Of a stretch of DNA of 47,142 nucleotides, positions 1-14,128 are shown in pieces. Source of the DNA: Escherichia phage 2G7b; the sequence record NC_049954.1, one strand, 5' to 3'. Each line of letters begins with the position of its first letter. The first letter of the stretch is position 1. The notes beneath the pieces were generated by a model that was not told the DNA's origin, ran no database searches, and saw only the letters and a list, made by a program, of their open reading frames with translations. Position numbers and translations under genes: made by a program.

Positions 1-12
1 GGGCGGCGACCT
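1..12. other. cos: cos left cohesive end (12-nt GGGCGGCGACCT) of a linear virion genome
   Basis: Window starts with the exact lambda left-end sequence GGGCGGCGACCTCGCGGGTTTTCGCTATTTATG; window end matches lambda right terminus. Confidence 0.85.
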
Positions 13-189
13 CGCGGGTTTTCGCTATTTATGAAAATTTTCCGGTTTAAGGCGTTTCCGTTCTTCTTCGTCATAACTTAATGTTTTTATTTAAAATACC
101 CTCTGAAAAGAAAGGAAACGACAGGTGCTGAAAGCGAGCTTTTTGGCCTCTGTCGTTTCCTTTCTCTGTTTTTGTCCGTGGAATGAACA
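13..189 (+). promoter_or_regulatory. cosB-type terminase-binding region upstream of nu1
   Basis: Non-coding stretch between the cohesive end and nu1 start, matching my recollection of the lambda left-end sequence; individual R/I sites not mapped. Confidence 0.6.
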
Positions 190-709
190 ATGGAAGTCAA
201 CAAAAAGCAGCTGGCTGACATTTTCGGTGCGAGTATCCGTACCATTCAGAACTGGCAGGAACAGGGAATGCCCGTTCTGCGAGGCGGTGGCAAGGGTAAT
301 GAGGTGCTTTATGACTCTGCCGCCGTCATAAAATGGTATGCCGAAAGGGATGCTGAAATTGAGAACGAAAAGCTGCGCCGGGAAGTTGAAGAACTGCGGC
401 AGGCCAGCGAGACAGATCTCCAGCCAGGGACTATTGAGTACGAACGCCACCGACTTACGCGTGCACAGGCCGACGCACAGGAGCTGAAAAATGCCAGAGA
501 CTCCGCTGAAGTGGTGGAAACCGCATTCTGTACTTTCGTGCTGTCGCGGATCGCAGGTGAAATTGCCAGTATTCTCGACGGGATCCCCCTGTCGGTGCAG
601 CGGCGTTTTCCGGAACTGGAAAACCGACATGTTGATTTCCTGAAACGGGATATCATCAAAGCCATGAACAAAGCAGCCGCGCTGGATGAACTGATACCGG
701 GGTTGCTGA

Positions 710-735
<26 letters not shown>
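190..735 (+). CDS. nu1: terminase small subunit Nu1
   Basis: 181-aa ORF MEVNKKQLADIFGASIRTIQNWQEQGMPV.. recognised as lambda Nu1; position immediately after cos. Confidence 0.95.
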
Positions 736-4416
<3,681 letters not shown>

Positions 4417-4436
<20 letters not shown>

Positions 4437-5736
4437 TCTCCCGCATATTGCCAGCATGGCCTTTAATGAGCCGCTGATGCTTGAACCCGCCTATGCGCGG
4501 GTTTTCTTTTGTGCGCTTGCAGGCCAGCTTGGGATCAGCCGCCTGACGGATGCAGTATCCGGCGACAGCCTGACTGCCCAGGAGGCACCCGCGGCGCTGG
4601 CGTTATCCGGTGATGATGACGGACCACGACAGGCCCGCAGTTATCAGGTCATGAACGGCATCGCCGTGCTGCCGGTGTCCGGTACGCTGGTCAGCCGGAC
4701 GCGGGCGCTGCAGCCGTATTCGGGAATGACCGGTTACAACGGCATTATCGCCCGTCTGCAACAGGCTGCCAGCGATCCGATGGTGGACGGCATTCTGCTG
4801 GATATGGACACACCGGGCGGGATGGTGGCGGGAGCATTTGACTGTGCTGACATCATCGCCCGTGTGCGAGACATAAAACCGGTATGGGCGCTGGCCAACG
4901 ACATGAACTGCAGTGCAGGTCAGCTGCTTGCCAGCGCCGCCTCCCGGCGTCTGGTCACGCAGACCGCCCGGACAGGCTCCATCGGCGTCATGATGGCTCA
5001 CAGTAATTACGGTGCTGCGCTGGAGAAACAGGGCGTGGAAATCACGCTGATTTACAGCGGCAGCCATAAGGTGGATGGCAACCCCTACAGCCATCTTCCG
5101 GATGACGTCCGGGAGACACTGCAGTCCCGGATGGATGCAACCCGCCAGATGTTTGCGCAGAAGGTGTCGGCATATACCGGCCTGTCCGTGCAGGCTGTGC
5201 TGGATACCGAGGCTGCAGTGTACAGCGGTCAGGAGGCCATTGATGCCGGACTGGCTGATGAACTTGTTAACAGCACCGATGCGATCACCGTCATGCGTGA
5301 TGCACTGGATGCACGTAAATCCCGTCTCTCAGGAGGGCGAATGACCAAAGAGACTCAATCAACAACTGTTTCAGCCACCGCTTCGCAGGCTGACGTTACT
5401 GACGTGGTGCAAGCGACGGAGGGCGAAAACGCCAGCGCGGCGCAGCCGGACGTGAACGCGCAGATCACCGCAGCGGTTGCGGCAGAAAACAGCCGCATTA
5501 TGGGGATCCTCAACTGTGAGGAGGCTCACGGACGCGAAGAACAGGCGCGCGTGCTGGCAGAAACCCCCGGAATGACCGTGGAAACGGCCCGCCGCATTCT
5601 GGCCGCAGCACCACAGAGTGCACAGGCGCGCAGTGACACTGCGCTGGATCGTCTGATGCAGGGTGCACCGGCACCACTGGCTGCAGGTAACCCGGCATCT
5701 GATGCCGTTAACGATTTGCTGAACACACCAGTGTAA
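4417..5736 (+). CDS. C: head protease/scaffold protein C (GTG start)
   Basis: In-frame GTG at 4417 gives MTAELRNLPHIASMAFNEPLMLEP.., the recognised gpC N-terminus; the longer tool ORF from 4282 is an upstream extension in the B overlap. Confidence 0.85.
5341..5736 (+). CDS. nu3: scaffolding protein Nu3 (in-frame internal start within C)
   Basis: Internal ATG giving MTKETQSTTVSATASQADVTDVV.. in the C frame, as in lambda. Confidence 0.75.
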   Translation: MTKETQSTTVSATASQADVTDVVQATEGENASAAQPDVNAQITAAVAAENSRIMGILNCEEAHGREEQARVLAETPGMTVETARRILAAAPQSAQARSDTALDRLMQGAPAPLAAGNPASDAVNDLLNTPV

Positions 5737-5745
5737 GGGATGTTT

Positions 5746-6078
5746 ATGACGAGCAAAGAAACCTTTACCCATTACCAGCCGCTGGGCAACAGTGACCCGG
5801 CTCATACCGCAACCGCGCCCGGCGGATTGAGTGCGAAAGCGCCTGCAATGACCCCGCTGATGCTGGACACCTCCACCCGTAAGCTGGTTGCGTGGGATGG
5901 CACCACCGACGGTGCTGCCGTTGGCATTCTTGCAGTTGCTGCTGACCAGACCAGCACCACACTGACGTTCTACAAGTCCGGCACGTTCCGTTATGAGGAT
6001 GTGCTCTGGCCGGAGGCTGCCAGCGACGAGACGAAAAAACGGACCGCGTTTGCCGGAACGGCAATCAGCATCGTTTAA
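5746..6078 (+). CDS. D: head decoration protein D
   Basis: [43 protein letters not shown].. ; AGGGA ribosome-binding site 6 nt upstream of ATG 5746. Confidence 0.95.
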   Translation: MTSKETFTHYQPLGNSDPAHTATAPGGLSAKAPAMTPLMLDTSTRKLVAWDGTTDGAAVGILAVAADQTSTTLTFYKSGTFRYEDVLWPEAASDETKKRTAFAGTAISIV

Positions 6079-6098
6079 CTTTACCCTTCATCACTAAA

Positions 6099-6120
6099 GG
6101 CCGCCTGTGCGGCTTTTTTT
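6099..6120 (+). terminator. intrinsic-terminator-like hairpin after D (GGCCGCC-tgt-GCGGC + T7)
   Basis: GC hairpin followed by TTTTTTT directly seen; probably a partial terminator since E follows. Confidence 0.5.
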
Positions 6121-6133
6121 ACGGGATTTTTTT

Positions 6134-7159
6134 ATGTCGATGTACACAACCGCCCAGCTGCTGGCGGCAAATGAGCAGAAATTTAAGTTTGATCCGCTGT
6201 TTCTGCGTCTCTTTTTCCGTGAGAGCTATCCCTTCACTACGGAGAAAGTCTATCTCTCACAAATTCCGGGACTGGTAAACATGGCGCTGTACGTTTCGCC
6301 GATTGTTTCCGGTGAGGTTATCCGCTCCCGTGGCGGCTCCACCTCTGAATTTACGCCGGGATATGTCAAACCCAAGCATGAGGTGAATCCGCAGATGACC
6401 CTGCGTCGCCTGCCGGATGAAGATCCGCAGAATCTGGCGGACCCGGCTTACCGCCGCCGTCGCATCATCATGCAGAACATGCGTGACGAAGAGCTGGCCA
6501 TTGCTCAGGTCGAAGAGATGCAGGCCGTTTCTGCCGTGCTCAAGGGCAAATACACCATGACTGGTGAAGCCTTCGATCCGGTTGAGGTGGATATGGGCCG
6601 CAGTGCGGCCAACAACATCACGCAGTCCGGCGGCACGGAGTGGAGCAAGCGTGACAAGTCCACGTATGATCCGACCGACGATATCGAAGCCTACGCGCTG
6701 AACGCCAGCGGCGTGGTGAATATCATCGTGTTTGATCCGAAAGGCTGGGCGCTGTTCCGTTCCTTCAAAGCCGTCAGGGAGAAGCTGGATACCCGTCGCG
6801 GCTCTCATTCCGAACTGGAGACAGCGGTAAAAGACCTGGGCAAAGCGGTGTCTTATAAGGGAATGTATGGAGATGTGGCCATCGTCGTGTATTCCGGACA
6901 GTACGTGGAAAACGGCGTCAAAAAGAACTTCCTGCCGGACAACACGATGGTGCTGGGTAACACTCATGCACGCGGTCTGCGCACCTATGGCTGTATTCAG
7001 GATGCGGATGCATTGAGTGAGGGTATTAATGCGTCTCCCCGTTATCCGAAAAACTGGAAGACATCCGGCGATCCGGCGCGAGAGTTCACCATGATTCAGT
7101 CAGCACCGCTGATGCTGCTGGCTGATCCTGATGAGTTCGTGTCCGTTCAACTGGCGTAA
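6134..7159 (+). CDS. E: major capsid protein E
   Basis: MSMYTTAQLLAANEQKFKFDPLFLRLFFRESYPFTTEKVYLSQIPGLVNMALYVSPIVSGEV.. recognised gpE; tool ORF start 6107 is an upstream extension. Confidence 0.95.
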   Translation: MSMYTTAQLLAANEQKFKFDPLFLRLFFRESYPFTTEKVYLSQIPGLVNMALYVSPIVSGEVIRSRGGSTSEFTPGYVKPKHEVNPQMTLRRLPDEDPQNLADPAYRRRRIIMQNMRDEELAIAQVEEMQAVSAVLKGKYTMTGEAFDPVEVDMGRSAANNITQSGGTEWSKRDKSTYDPTDDIEAYALNASGVVNIIVFDPKGWALFRSFKAVREKLDTRRGSHSELETAVKDLGKAVSYKGMYGDVAIVVYSGQYVENGVKKNFLPDNTMVLGNTHARGLRTYGCIQDADALSEGINASPRYPKNWKTSGDPAREFTMIQSAPLMLLADPDEFVSVQLA

Positions 7160-7200
7160 TCATGGCCCTTCGGGGCCATTTTCTCTCTGTGGAGGAGTCC

Positions 7201-7596
7201 ATGACGAAAGATGAACTGATTGCCCGTCTCCGGTCGCTGGGTGAGCAACTGAACCGTGATGTCAGCCTGACGGGGACGAAAGAAGAACTGGCGCTCCGTG
7301 TGGCAGAGCTGGAAGAGGAGCTTGATGACACGGATGACGCAGCCGGTCAGGACACGTCTGTCAGCCCGGAAAATGCGCTGACCGGACATGAAAATGAGGT
7401 GGTATCAGCACAGACGGATACCGTGACTGATACGGCTGCTCTGGTCACGGTTGTGGCACTGGTGACGCTGCATACCGATGCACTTCACGCCACGCGGGAT
7501 GAGGCTGTGGCATTTGTGCTGCCGGGAACGGCGTTTCGTGTCTCTGCCGGTGTGGCAGCCGAAATGACAGAACGTGGCCTGGCCAGAATGCAATAA
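7201..7596 (+). CDS. FI: DNA packaging protein FI
   Basis: MTKDELIARLRSLGEQLNRDVSLTGTKEELALRVAELEEELDD.. recognised gpFI. Confidence 0.9.
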   Translation: MTKDELIARLRSLGEQLNRDVSLTGTKEELALRVAELEEELDDTDDAAGQDTSVSPENALTGHENEVVSAQTDTVTDTAALVTVVALVTLHTDALHATRDEAVAFVLPGTAFRVSAGVAAEMTERGLARMQ

Positions 7597-7607
7597 CGGG
7601 AGGCACT

Positions 7608-7961
7608 GTGGCTGATTTCGATAACCTGTTCGATGCTGCCATTGCCCGCGCCGATGAAACGATACGCGGGTACATGGGAACGTCAGCCACCATGACATCC
7701 GGTGAGCAGTCCGGCGCAGTAATACGTGGTGTTTTTGATGACCCTGAAAATATCAGCTATGCCGGACAGGGCGTGCGCGTTGAAGGCTCCAGCCCGTCCC
7801 TGTTTGTCCGGACTGATGATGTGCGGCAACTGCGGCGTGGAGACACGCTGACCATCGGTGAGGAAAACTTCTGGATAGACCGGGTTTCGCCGGATGATGG
7901 CGGAAGCTGTCATCTCTGGCTTGGGCGGGGCGTACCGCCTGCCGTTAACCGTCGCCGCTGA
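7608..7961 (+). CDS. FII: head completion protein FII
   Basis: 117-aa ORF MADFDNLFDAAIARADETIRGYMGTSAT.. from a GTG start. Confidence 0.9.
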   Translation: MADFDNLFDAAIARADETIRGYMGTSATMTSGEQSGAVIRGVFDDPENISYAGQGVRVEGSSPSLFVRTDDVRQLRRGDTLTIGEENFWIDRVSPDDGGSCHLWLGRGVPPAVNRRR

Positions 7962-7972
7962 AAGGGGGATGT

Positions 7973-8551
7973 ATGGCCATAAAAGGTCTTGAGCAGGCCG
8001 TTGAAAACCTCAGCCGTATCAGCAGAACGGCGGTGCCCGGTGCCGCCGCAATGGCCATTAACCGCGTTGCTTCATCCGCGATATCGCAGTCGGCGTCACA
8101 GGTTGCCCGTGAGACAAAGGTACGCCGGAAACTGGTAAAGGAAAGGGCCAGGCTGAAAAGGGCCACGGTCAAAAATCCGCAGGCCAGAATCAAAGTTAAC
8201 CGGGGGGATTTGCCCGTAATAAAGCTGGGTAACGCGCGGATTGTCCTGTCCCGACGCAGGCGTCGTAAAAAGGGGCAGCGTTCAGCCCTGAAAGGTGGCG
8301 GCAGCGTGCTTGTGGTGGGAAACCGTCGTATTCCCGGCGCGTTTATTCAGCAACTGAAAAATGGCCGGTGGCATGTCATGCAGCGTGTGGCCGGGAAAAA
8401 CCGTTACCCCATTGATGTAGTGAAAATCCCGATGGCGGTGCCGCTTACCACGGCGTTTAAACAAAATATTGAGCGGATACGGCGTGAACGTCTTCCGAAA
8501 GAGCTGGGCTATGCGCTGCAGCATCAACTGAGGATGGTAATAAAGCGATGA
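7973..8551 (+). CDS. Z: tail assembly protein Z
   Basis: 192-aa ORF MAIKGLEQAVENLSRISRTAVPGAAAMAINRV.. recognised gpZ. Confidence 0.9.
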   Translation: MAIKGLEQAVENLSRISRTAVPGAAAMAINRVASSAISQSASQVARETKVRRKLVKERARLKRATVKNPQARIKVNRGDLPVIKLGNARIVLSRRRRRKKGQRSALKGGGSVLVVGNRRIPGAFIQQLKNGRWHVMQRVAGKNRYPIDVVKIPMAVPLTTAFKQNIERIRRERLPKELGYALQHQLRMVIKR

Positions 8552-8943
8552 AACATACTGAACTCCGTGCAGCCGTACTGGATGCACTGGAGAAGCATGA
8601 CACCGGGGCGACGTTTTTTGATGGTCGCCCCGCTGTTTTTGATGAGGCGGATTTTCCGGCAGTTGCCGTTTATCTCACCGGCGCTGAATACACGGGCGAA
8701 GAGCTGGACAGCGATACCTGGCAGGCGGAGCTGCATATCGAAGTTTTCCTGCCTGCTCAGGTGCCGGATTCAGAGCTGGATGCGTGGATGGAGTCCCGGA
8801 TTTATCCGGTGATGAGTGATATCCCGGCACTGTCAGATTTGATCACCAGTATGGTGGCCAGCGGCTATGACTACCGGCGCGACGATGATGCGGGCCTGTG
8901 GAGTTCAGCCGATCTGACTTATGTCATTACCTATGAAATGTGA
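8548..8943 (+). CDS. U: tail terminator protein U
   Basis: 131-aa [39 protein letters not shown].. Confidence 0.9.
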   Translation: MKHTELRAAVLDALEKHDTGATFFDGRPAVFDEADFPAVAVYLTGAEYTGEELDSDTWQAELHIEVFLPAQVPDSELDAWMESRIYPVMSDIPALSDLITSMVASGYDYRRDDDAGLWSSADLTYVITYEM

Positions 8944-8950
8944 GGACGCT

Positions 8951-9691
8951 ATGCCTGTACCAAATCCTACAATGCCGGTGAAAGGTGCCGGGACCACCCT
9001 GTGGGTTTATAAGGGGAGCGGTGACCCTTATGCGAATCCGCTTTCAGACGTTGACTGGTCGCGTCTGGCAAAAGTTAAAGACCTGACGCCCGGCGAACTG
9101 ACCGCTGAGTCCTATGACGACAGCTATCTCGATGATGAAGATGCAGACTGGACTGCGACCGGGCAGGGGCAGAAATCTGCCGGAGATACCAGCTTCACGC
9201 TGGCGTGGATGCCCGGAGAGCAGGGGCAGCAGGCGCTGCTGGCGTGGTTTAATGAAGGTGATACCCGTGCCTATAAAATCCGCTTCCCGAACGGCACGGT
9301 CGATGTGTTCCGTGGCTGGGTCAGCAGTATCGGTAAGGCGGTGACGGCGAAGGAAGTGATTACCCGCACGGTGAAGATCACCAATGTGGGACGTCCGTCG
9401 ATGGCAGAAGATCGCAGCACGGTGACGGCGACAACCGGCATGACGGTGACACCCGCCAGTGCTTCCGTAGTGAAAGGGCAGAGCACCACGCTGACCGTGG
9501 CATTCCAGCCGGAGGGCGCAACCGACAAGAGCTTCCGTGCGGTGTCTGCGGATAAAACAAAAGCCACCGTGTCGGTCAGTGGTATGACCATCACCGTGAA
9601 AGGTGTTGCTGCAGGCAAGGTCAACATTCCGGTCGTATCTGGTAATGGTGAGTTTGCTGCGGTTGCAGAAATCAACGTCACCGCCAGTTAA
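8951..9691 (+). CDS. V: major tail tube protein V
   Basis: [31 protein letters not shown].. recognised gpV with its C-terminal Ig-like extension. Confidence 0.95.
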   Translation: MPVPNPTMPVKGAGTTLWVYKGSGDPYANPLSDVDWSRLAKVKDLTPGELTAESYDDSYLDDEDADWTATGQGQKSAGDTSFTLAWMPGEQGQQALLAWFNEGDTRAYKIRFPNGTVDVFRGWVSSIGKAVTAKEVITRTVKITNVGRPSMAEDRSTVTATTGMTVTPASASVVKGQSTTLTVAFQPEGATDKSFRAVSADKTKATVSVSGMTITVKGVAAGKVNIPVVSGNGEFAAVAEINVTAS

Positions 9692-9706
9692 TCCGGAGAG
9701 TCAGAG

Positions 9707-10129
9707 ATGTTCCTGAAAACCGAATCATTTGAACATAACGGTGTGACCGTCACGCTTTCTGAACTGTCAGCCCTGCAGCGTATTGAGCATCTCGCCCTGA
9801 TGAAACGGCAGGCAGAACAGGCGGAGTCAGACAGCAACCGGAAGTTTACTGTGGAAGACGCCATCAGAACCGGCGCGTTTCTGGTGGCGATGTCCCTGTG
9901 GCATAACCATCCGAAGAAGACAAAGCTGCCTTCCATGAATGAAGCCGTTAAACAGATTGAGCAGGAAGTGCTTACCACCTGGCCCACAGAGGCAATTTCT
10001 CATGCTGAAAACGTGGTGTACCGGCTGTCCGGTATGTATGAGTTTGTTGTGAATAATACCCCTGAACAGGCAGAGGACGCCGGGCCTGCAGAGCCTGTTT
10101 CTGCGGGAAAGTGTTCGACGGTGAGCTGA
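9707..10129 (+). CDS. G: tail assembly chaperone G
   Basis: 140-aa ORF MFLKTESFEHNGVTVTLSELSALQRIEHLALMKRQ.. Confidence 0.9.
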   Translation: MFLKTESFEHNGVTVTLSELSALQRIEHLALMKRQAEQAESDSNRKFTVEDAIRTGAFLVAMSLWHNHPKKTKLPSMNEAVKQIEQEVLTTWPTEAISHAENVVYRLSGMYEFVVNNTPEQAEDAGPAEPVSAGKCSTVS

Positions 10130-10545
10130 GTTTTGCCCTGAAACTGGCGCGTGAGATGGGGCGACCCGACTGGCGCGCCATGCTTGCCGGGATGTCATCC
10201 ACGGAGTATGCCGACTGGCACCGCTTTTACAGTACCCATTATTTTCATGATGTTCTGCTGGATATGCACTTTTCCGGGCTGACGTACACCGTACTCAGCC
10301 TGTTTTTCAGCGATCCGGATATGCATCCGCTGGATTTCAGTCTGCTGAACCGGCGCGAGGCTGATGAAGAGCCTGAAGATGATGTGCTGATGCAGAAAAC
10401 GGCAGGGCTTGCCGGAGGCGTCCGCTTTGGCCCGGACGGGAATGAAGTTATCCCCGCTTCCCCGGATGTGGCGGACATGACGGAGGATGACGTAATGCTG
10501 ATGACAGTATCAGAAGGGATCGCAGGAGGAGTCAGGTATGGCTGA
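10111..10545 (+). CDS. T: T portion of the G-T tail assembly chaperone, made by -1 frameshift from G
   Basis: Slippery heptamer GGGAAAG at 10105-10111 near the end of G; -1 frame ORF MFDGELSFALKLAREMGRPDWRAMLAGMSSTEYADW.. extends to 10545. Confidence 0.85.
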   Translation: MFDGELSFALKLAREMGRPDWRAMLAGMSSTEYADWHRFYSTHYFHDVLLDMHFSGLTYTVLSLFFSDPDMHPLDFSLLNRREADEEPEDDVLMQKTAGLAGGVRFGPDGNEVIPASPDVADMTEDDVMLMTVSEGIAGGVRYG

Positions 10546-13099
10546 ACCGGTAGGCGATCTGGTCGTTGATTTGAGTCTGGATGCGGCCAGATTTGACGAG
10601 CAGATGGCCAGAGTCAGGCGTCATTTTTCCGGTACGGAAAGTGATGCGAAAAAAACAGCGGCAGTCGTTGAACAGTCAATGAACCGGCAGGCGCTGGCTG
10701 CACAGAAAGCGGGGATTTCCGTCGGACAGTATAAAGCCGCCATGCGTATGCTGCCTGCACAGTTCACCGACGTGGCCACGCAGCTTGCAGGCGGGCAAAG
10801 TCCGTGGCTGATCCTGCTGCAACAGGGTGGTCAGGTGAAGGACTCCTTCGGCGGGATGATCCCCATGTTCAGGGGGCTTGCCGGTGCGATCACCCTGCCG
10901 ATGGTCGGGGCCACCTCGCTGGCGGTGGCGACCGGTGCGCTGGCGTATGCCTGGTATCAGGGCAACTCAACCCTGTCCGATTTCAACAAAACGCTGGTCC
11001 TTTCCGGCAATCAGTCGGGTCTGACGGCAGATCGCATGCTGGTCCTGTCCAGAGCCGGGCAGGCGGCAGGGCTGACGTTTAACCAGACCAGCGAGTCACT
11101 CAGCGCACTGGTTAAGGCGGGAGTAAGCGGTGAGGCTCAGATTGCGTCCATCAGCCAGAGTGTGGCGCGTTTCTCCTCTGCATCCGGTGTGGAGGTGGAC
11201 AAGGTCGCTGAAGCCTTCGGGAAGCTGACCACAGACCCGACGTCGGGGTTGACGGCGATGGCACGCCAGTTCCATAACGTGACGGCGGAGCAGATTGCGT
11301 ATGTTGCTCAGTTGCAGCGTTCCGGCGATGAAGCCGGGGCATTGCAGGCGGCGAACGAGGCCGCGACGAAAGGGTTTGATGACCAGACCCGCCGCCTGAA
11401 AGAGAACATGGGTACGCTGGAGACCTGGGCAGACAGGACCGCGCGGGCATTCAAATCCATGTGGGATGCGGTGCTGGATATTGGTCGTCCTGATACCGCG
11501 CAGGAGATGCTGATTAAGGCAGAGGCTGCGTTTAAGAAAGCGGACGACATCTGGAGTCTGCGCAAGGATGATTATTTTGTTAACGATGAAGCGCGGGCGC
11601 GTTACTGGGATGATCGTGAAAAGGCCCGTCTTGCGCTTGAAGCCGCGAGAAAGAAGGCTGAACAGCAGAGTCAACAGGACACAAATGCGCAGCAGCAGAG
11701 CGATACTGAAGCGTCACGGCTGAAATATACCGAAGAGGCGCAGAAGGCTTACGAACGGCTGCAGACGCCGCTGGAGAAATATACCGCCCGTCAGGAAGAA
11801 CTGAACAAGGCACTGAAGGACGGGAAAATTCTGCAGGCAGATTACAACACGCTGATGGCGGCGGCGAAAAAGGACTATGAAGCGACGCTGAAAAAGCCGA
11901 AACAGTCCGGCGTGAAGGTGTCTGCGGGCGATCGTCAGGAAGACAGTGCTCATGCTGCCCTGCTGACGCTTCAGGCTGAACTCCGGACGCTGGAGAAGCA
12001 TGCCGGAGCAAATGAGAAAATCAGCCAGCAGCGCCGGGATTTGTGGAAGGCGGAGAGTCAGTTCGCGGTACTGGAGGAGGCGGCGCAACGTCGCCAGCTG
12101 TCTGCACAGGAGAAATCCCTGCTGGCGCATAAAGATGAGACGCTGGAGTACAAACGCCAGCTGGCTGCACTTGGCGACAAGGTTACGTATCAGGAGCGCC
12201 TGAACGCGCTGGCGCAGCAGGCGGATAAATTCGCACAGCAGCAACGGGCAAAACGGACCGCCATTGATGCGAAAAGCCGGGGGCTGACTGACCGGCAGGC
12301 AGCGCGGGAAGCCACAGAACAGCGCCTGAAGGAACAGTATGGCGATAATCCTCTGGCGCTGAATAACGTCATGTCAGAGCAGAAAAAGACCTGGGCGGCT
12401 GAAGACCAGCTTCGCGGGAGCTGGATGGCAGGCCTGAAGTCCGGCTGGAGTGAGTGGGAAGAGAGCGCCACGGACAGTATGTCGCAGGTTAAAAGTGCAG
12501 CCGCGCAGACCTTTGATGGTATTGCGCAGAATATGGCGGCGATGCTGACCGGCAGTGAGCAGAACTGGCGCAGCTTCACCCGTTCCGTGCTGTCCATGAT
12601 GACAGAAATTCTGCTTAAGCAGGCAATGGTGGGGATTGTCGGGAGTATCGGCAGCGCCATTGGCGGGGCTGTTGGTGGCGGCGCATCCGCGTCAGGCGGT
12701 ACAGCCATTCAGGCCGCTGCGGCGAAATTCCATTTTGCAACCGGAGGATTTACGGGAACCGGCGGCAAATATGAGCCAGCGGGGATTGTTCACCGTGGTG
12801 AATTTGTCTTCACAAAGGAGGCAACCAGCCGGATTGGCGTGGGGAATCTTTACCGGCTGATGCGCGGCTATGCCACCGGCGGTTATGTCGGTACACCGGG
12901 CAGCATGGCAGACAGCCGGTCGCAGGCGTCCGGGACGTTTGAGCAGAATAACCATGTGGTGATTAACAACGACGGCACGAACGGGCAGATAGGTCCGGCT
13001 GCTCTGAAGGCAGTGTATGACATGGCCCGCAAGGGTGCCCGTGATGAAATCCAGGCACAGATGCGCGATGGTGGTCTGTTCTCCGGAGGTGGACGATGA
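10538..13099 (+). CDS. H: tail tape measure protein H
   Basis: 853-aa ORF, same length and order as lambda gpH; coiled-coil rich with C-terminal Gly-rich segment. Confidence 0.95.
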   Translation: MAEPVGDLVVDLSLDAARFDEQMARVRRHFSGTESDAKKTAAVVEQSMNRQALAAQKAGISVGQYKAAMRMLPAQFTDVATQLAGGQSPWLILLQQGGQVKDSFGGMIPMFRGLAGAITLPMVGATSLAVATGALAYAWYQGNSTLSDFNKTLVLSGNQSGLTADRMLVLSRAGQAAGLTFNQTSESLSALVKAGVSGEAQIASISQSVARFSSASGVEVDKVAEAFGKLTTDPTSGLTAMARQFHNVTAEQIAYVAQLQRSGDEAGALQAANEAATKGFDDQTRRLKENMGTLETWADRTARAFKSMWDAVLDIGRPDTAQEMLIKAEAAFKKADDIWSLRKDDYFVNDEARARYWDDREKARLALEAARKKAEQQSQQDTNAQQQSDTEASRLKYTEEAQKAYERLQTPLEKYTARQEELNKALKDGKILQADYNTLMAAAKKDYEATLKKPKQSGVKVSAGDRQEDSAHAALLTLQAELRTLEKHAGANEKISQQRRDLWKAESQFAVLEEAAQRRQLSAQEKSLLAHKDETLEYKRQLAALGDKVTYQERLNALAQQADKFAQQQRAKRTAIDAKSRGLTDRQAAREATEQRLKEQYGDNPLALNNVMSEQKKTWAAEDQLRGSWMAGLKSGWSEWEESATDSMSQVKSAAAQTFDGIAQNMAAMLTGSEQNWRSFTRSVLSMMTEILLKQAMVGIVGSIGSAIGGAVGGGASASGGTAIQAAAAKFHFATGGFTGTGGKYEPAGIVHRGEFVFTKEATSRIGVGNLYRLMRGYATGGYVGTPGSMADSRSQASGTFEQNNHVVINNDGTNGQIGPAALKAVYDMARKGARDEIQAQMRDGGLFSGGGR

Positions 13100-13425
13100 A
13101 AACCTTCCGCTGGAAAGTGAAACCCGGGATGGATGTGACATCGGCTCCTTCCGTCAGGGAGGTGCGCTTTGGTGATGGCTATTCCCAGCGTGCGCCTGCC
13201 GGGCTGAACGCTGACCTGAAAACGTACAGCGTGACGCTGTCTGTCTCCCGTGAGGAGGCCACGGCGCTGGAGTCGTTTCTGGCTGAGCACGGGGGCTGGA
13301 AGGCCTTTCTGTGGACGCCGCCTTATGGCTACAGGCAGATAAAGGTGACCTGCGCAAAATGGTCGTCGCAGGTCAGTATGTTGCGTGTTGAGTTCAGCGC
13401 AGAGTTTAAACAGGTGGTGAACTGA
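13096..13425 (+). CDS. M: tail tip protein M
   Basis: 109-aa ORF MKTFRWKVKPGMDVTSAPSVREVRFGDGYSQRAP.. Confidence 0.9.
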   Translation: MKTFRWKVKPGMDVTSAPSVREVRFGDGYSQRAPAGLNADLKTYSVTLSVSREEATALESFLAEHGGWKAFLWTPPYGYRQIKVTCAKWSSQVSMLRVEFSAEFKQVVN

Positions 13426-14123
13426 TGCAGGATATCCGGCAGGAAACACTGAATGAATGCACCCGTGCGGAGCAGTCGGCCAGCGTGGTGCTCTGGGAAA
13501 TCGATCTGACAGAGGTCGGTGGAGAACGTTATTTTTTCTGTAATGAGCAGAACGAAAAAGGTGAGCCGGTCACCTGGCAGGGGCGACAGTATCAGCCGTA
13601 TCCCATTCAGGGGAGTGGTTTTGAACTGAATGGCAAAGGCACCAGTACGCGCCCCACGCTGACGGTTTCTAACCTGTACGGTATGGTCACCGGGATGGCG
13701 GAAGATCTGCAGAGTCTGGTCGGCGGAACGGTGGTCCGGCGTAAGGTTTACGCCCGTTTTCTGGATGCGGTGAACTTCGTCAACGGAAACAGTGACGCCG
13801 ATCCGGAGCAGGAGGTGATCAGCCGCTGGCGCATCGAGCAGTGCAGCGAACTGAGCGCGGTCAGTGCCTCTTTTGTACTGTCCACGCCGACGGAAACGGA
13901 CGGCGCTGTTTTTCCGGGACGTATCATGCTGGCCAACACCTGCACCTGGACCTATCGCGGCGATGAGTGCGGTTATCACGGTCCGGCAGTCGCGGATGAA
14001 TATGATCAGCCGACGTCCGATATCACGAAGGATAAATGCAGCAAATGCCTGAGCGGTTGTAAGTTCCGCAATAACGTCGGCAACTTTGGCGGCTTCCTTT
14101 CCATTAACAAACTTTCGCAGTAA
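13425..14123 (+). CDS. L: tail tip protein L
   Basis: 232-aa ORF with C-terminal Cys cluster (CSKCLSGCKFRNN). Confidence 0.9.
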   Translation: MQDIRQETLNECTRAEQSASVVLWEIDLTEVGGERYFFCNEQNEKGEPVTWQGRQYQPYPIQGSGFELNGKGTSTRPTLTVSNLYGMVTGMAEDLQSLVGGTVVRRKVYARFLDAVNFVNGNSDADPEQEVISRWRIEQCSELSAVSASFVLSTPTETDGAVFPGRIMLANTCTWTYRGDECGYHGPAVADEYDQPTSDITKDKCSKCLSGCKFRNNVGNFGGFLSINKLSQ

Positions 14124-14128
14124 ATACC

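Noticed and set aside
91-630. 179-aa minus-strand ORF overlapping nu1 and the cos region
   Set aside because: Antisense to the recognised nu1 gene and extends into cosB; nu1 identity is unambiguous.
11096-12708. Several 143-192-aa minus-strand ORFs antisense to H
   Set aside because: All inside the tape-measure gene on the opposite strand; Pro/Arg/Ser-rich translations without motifs.
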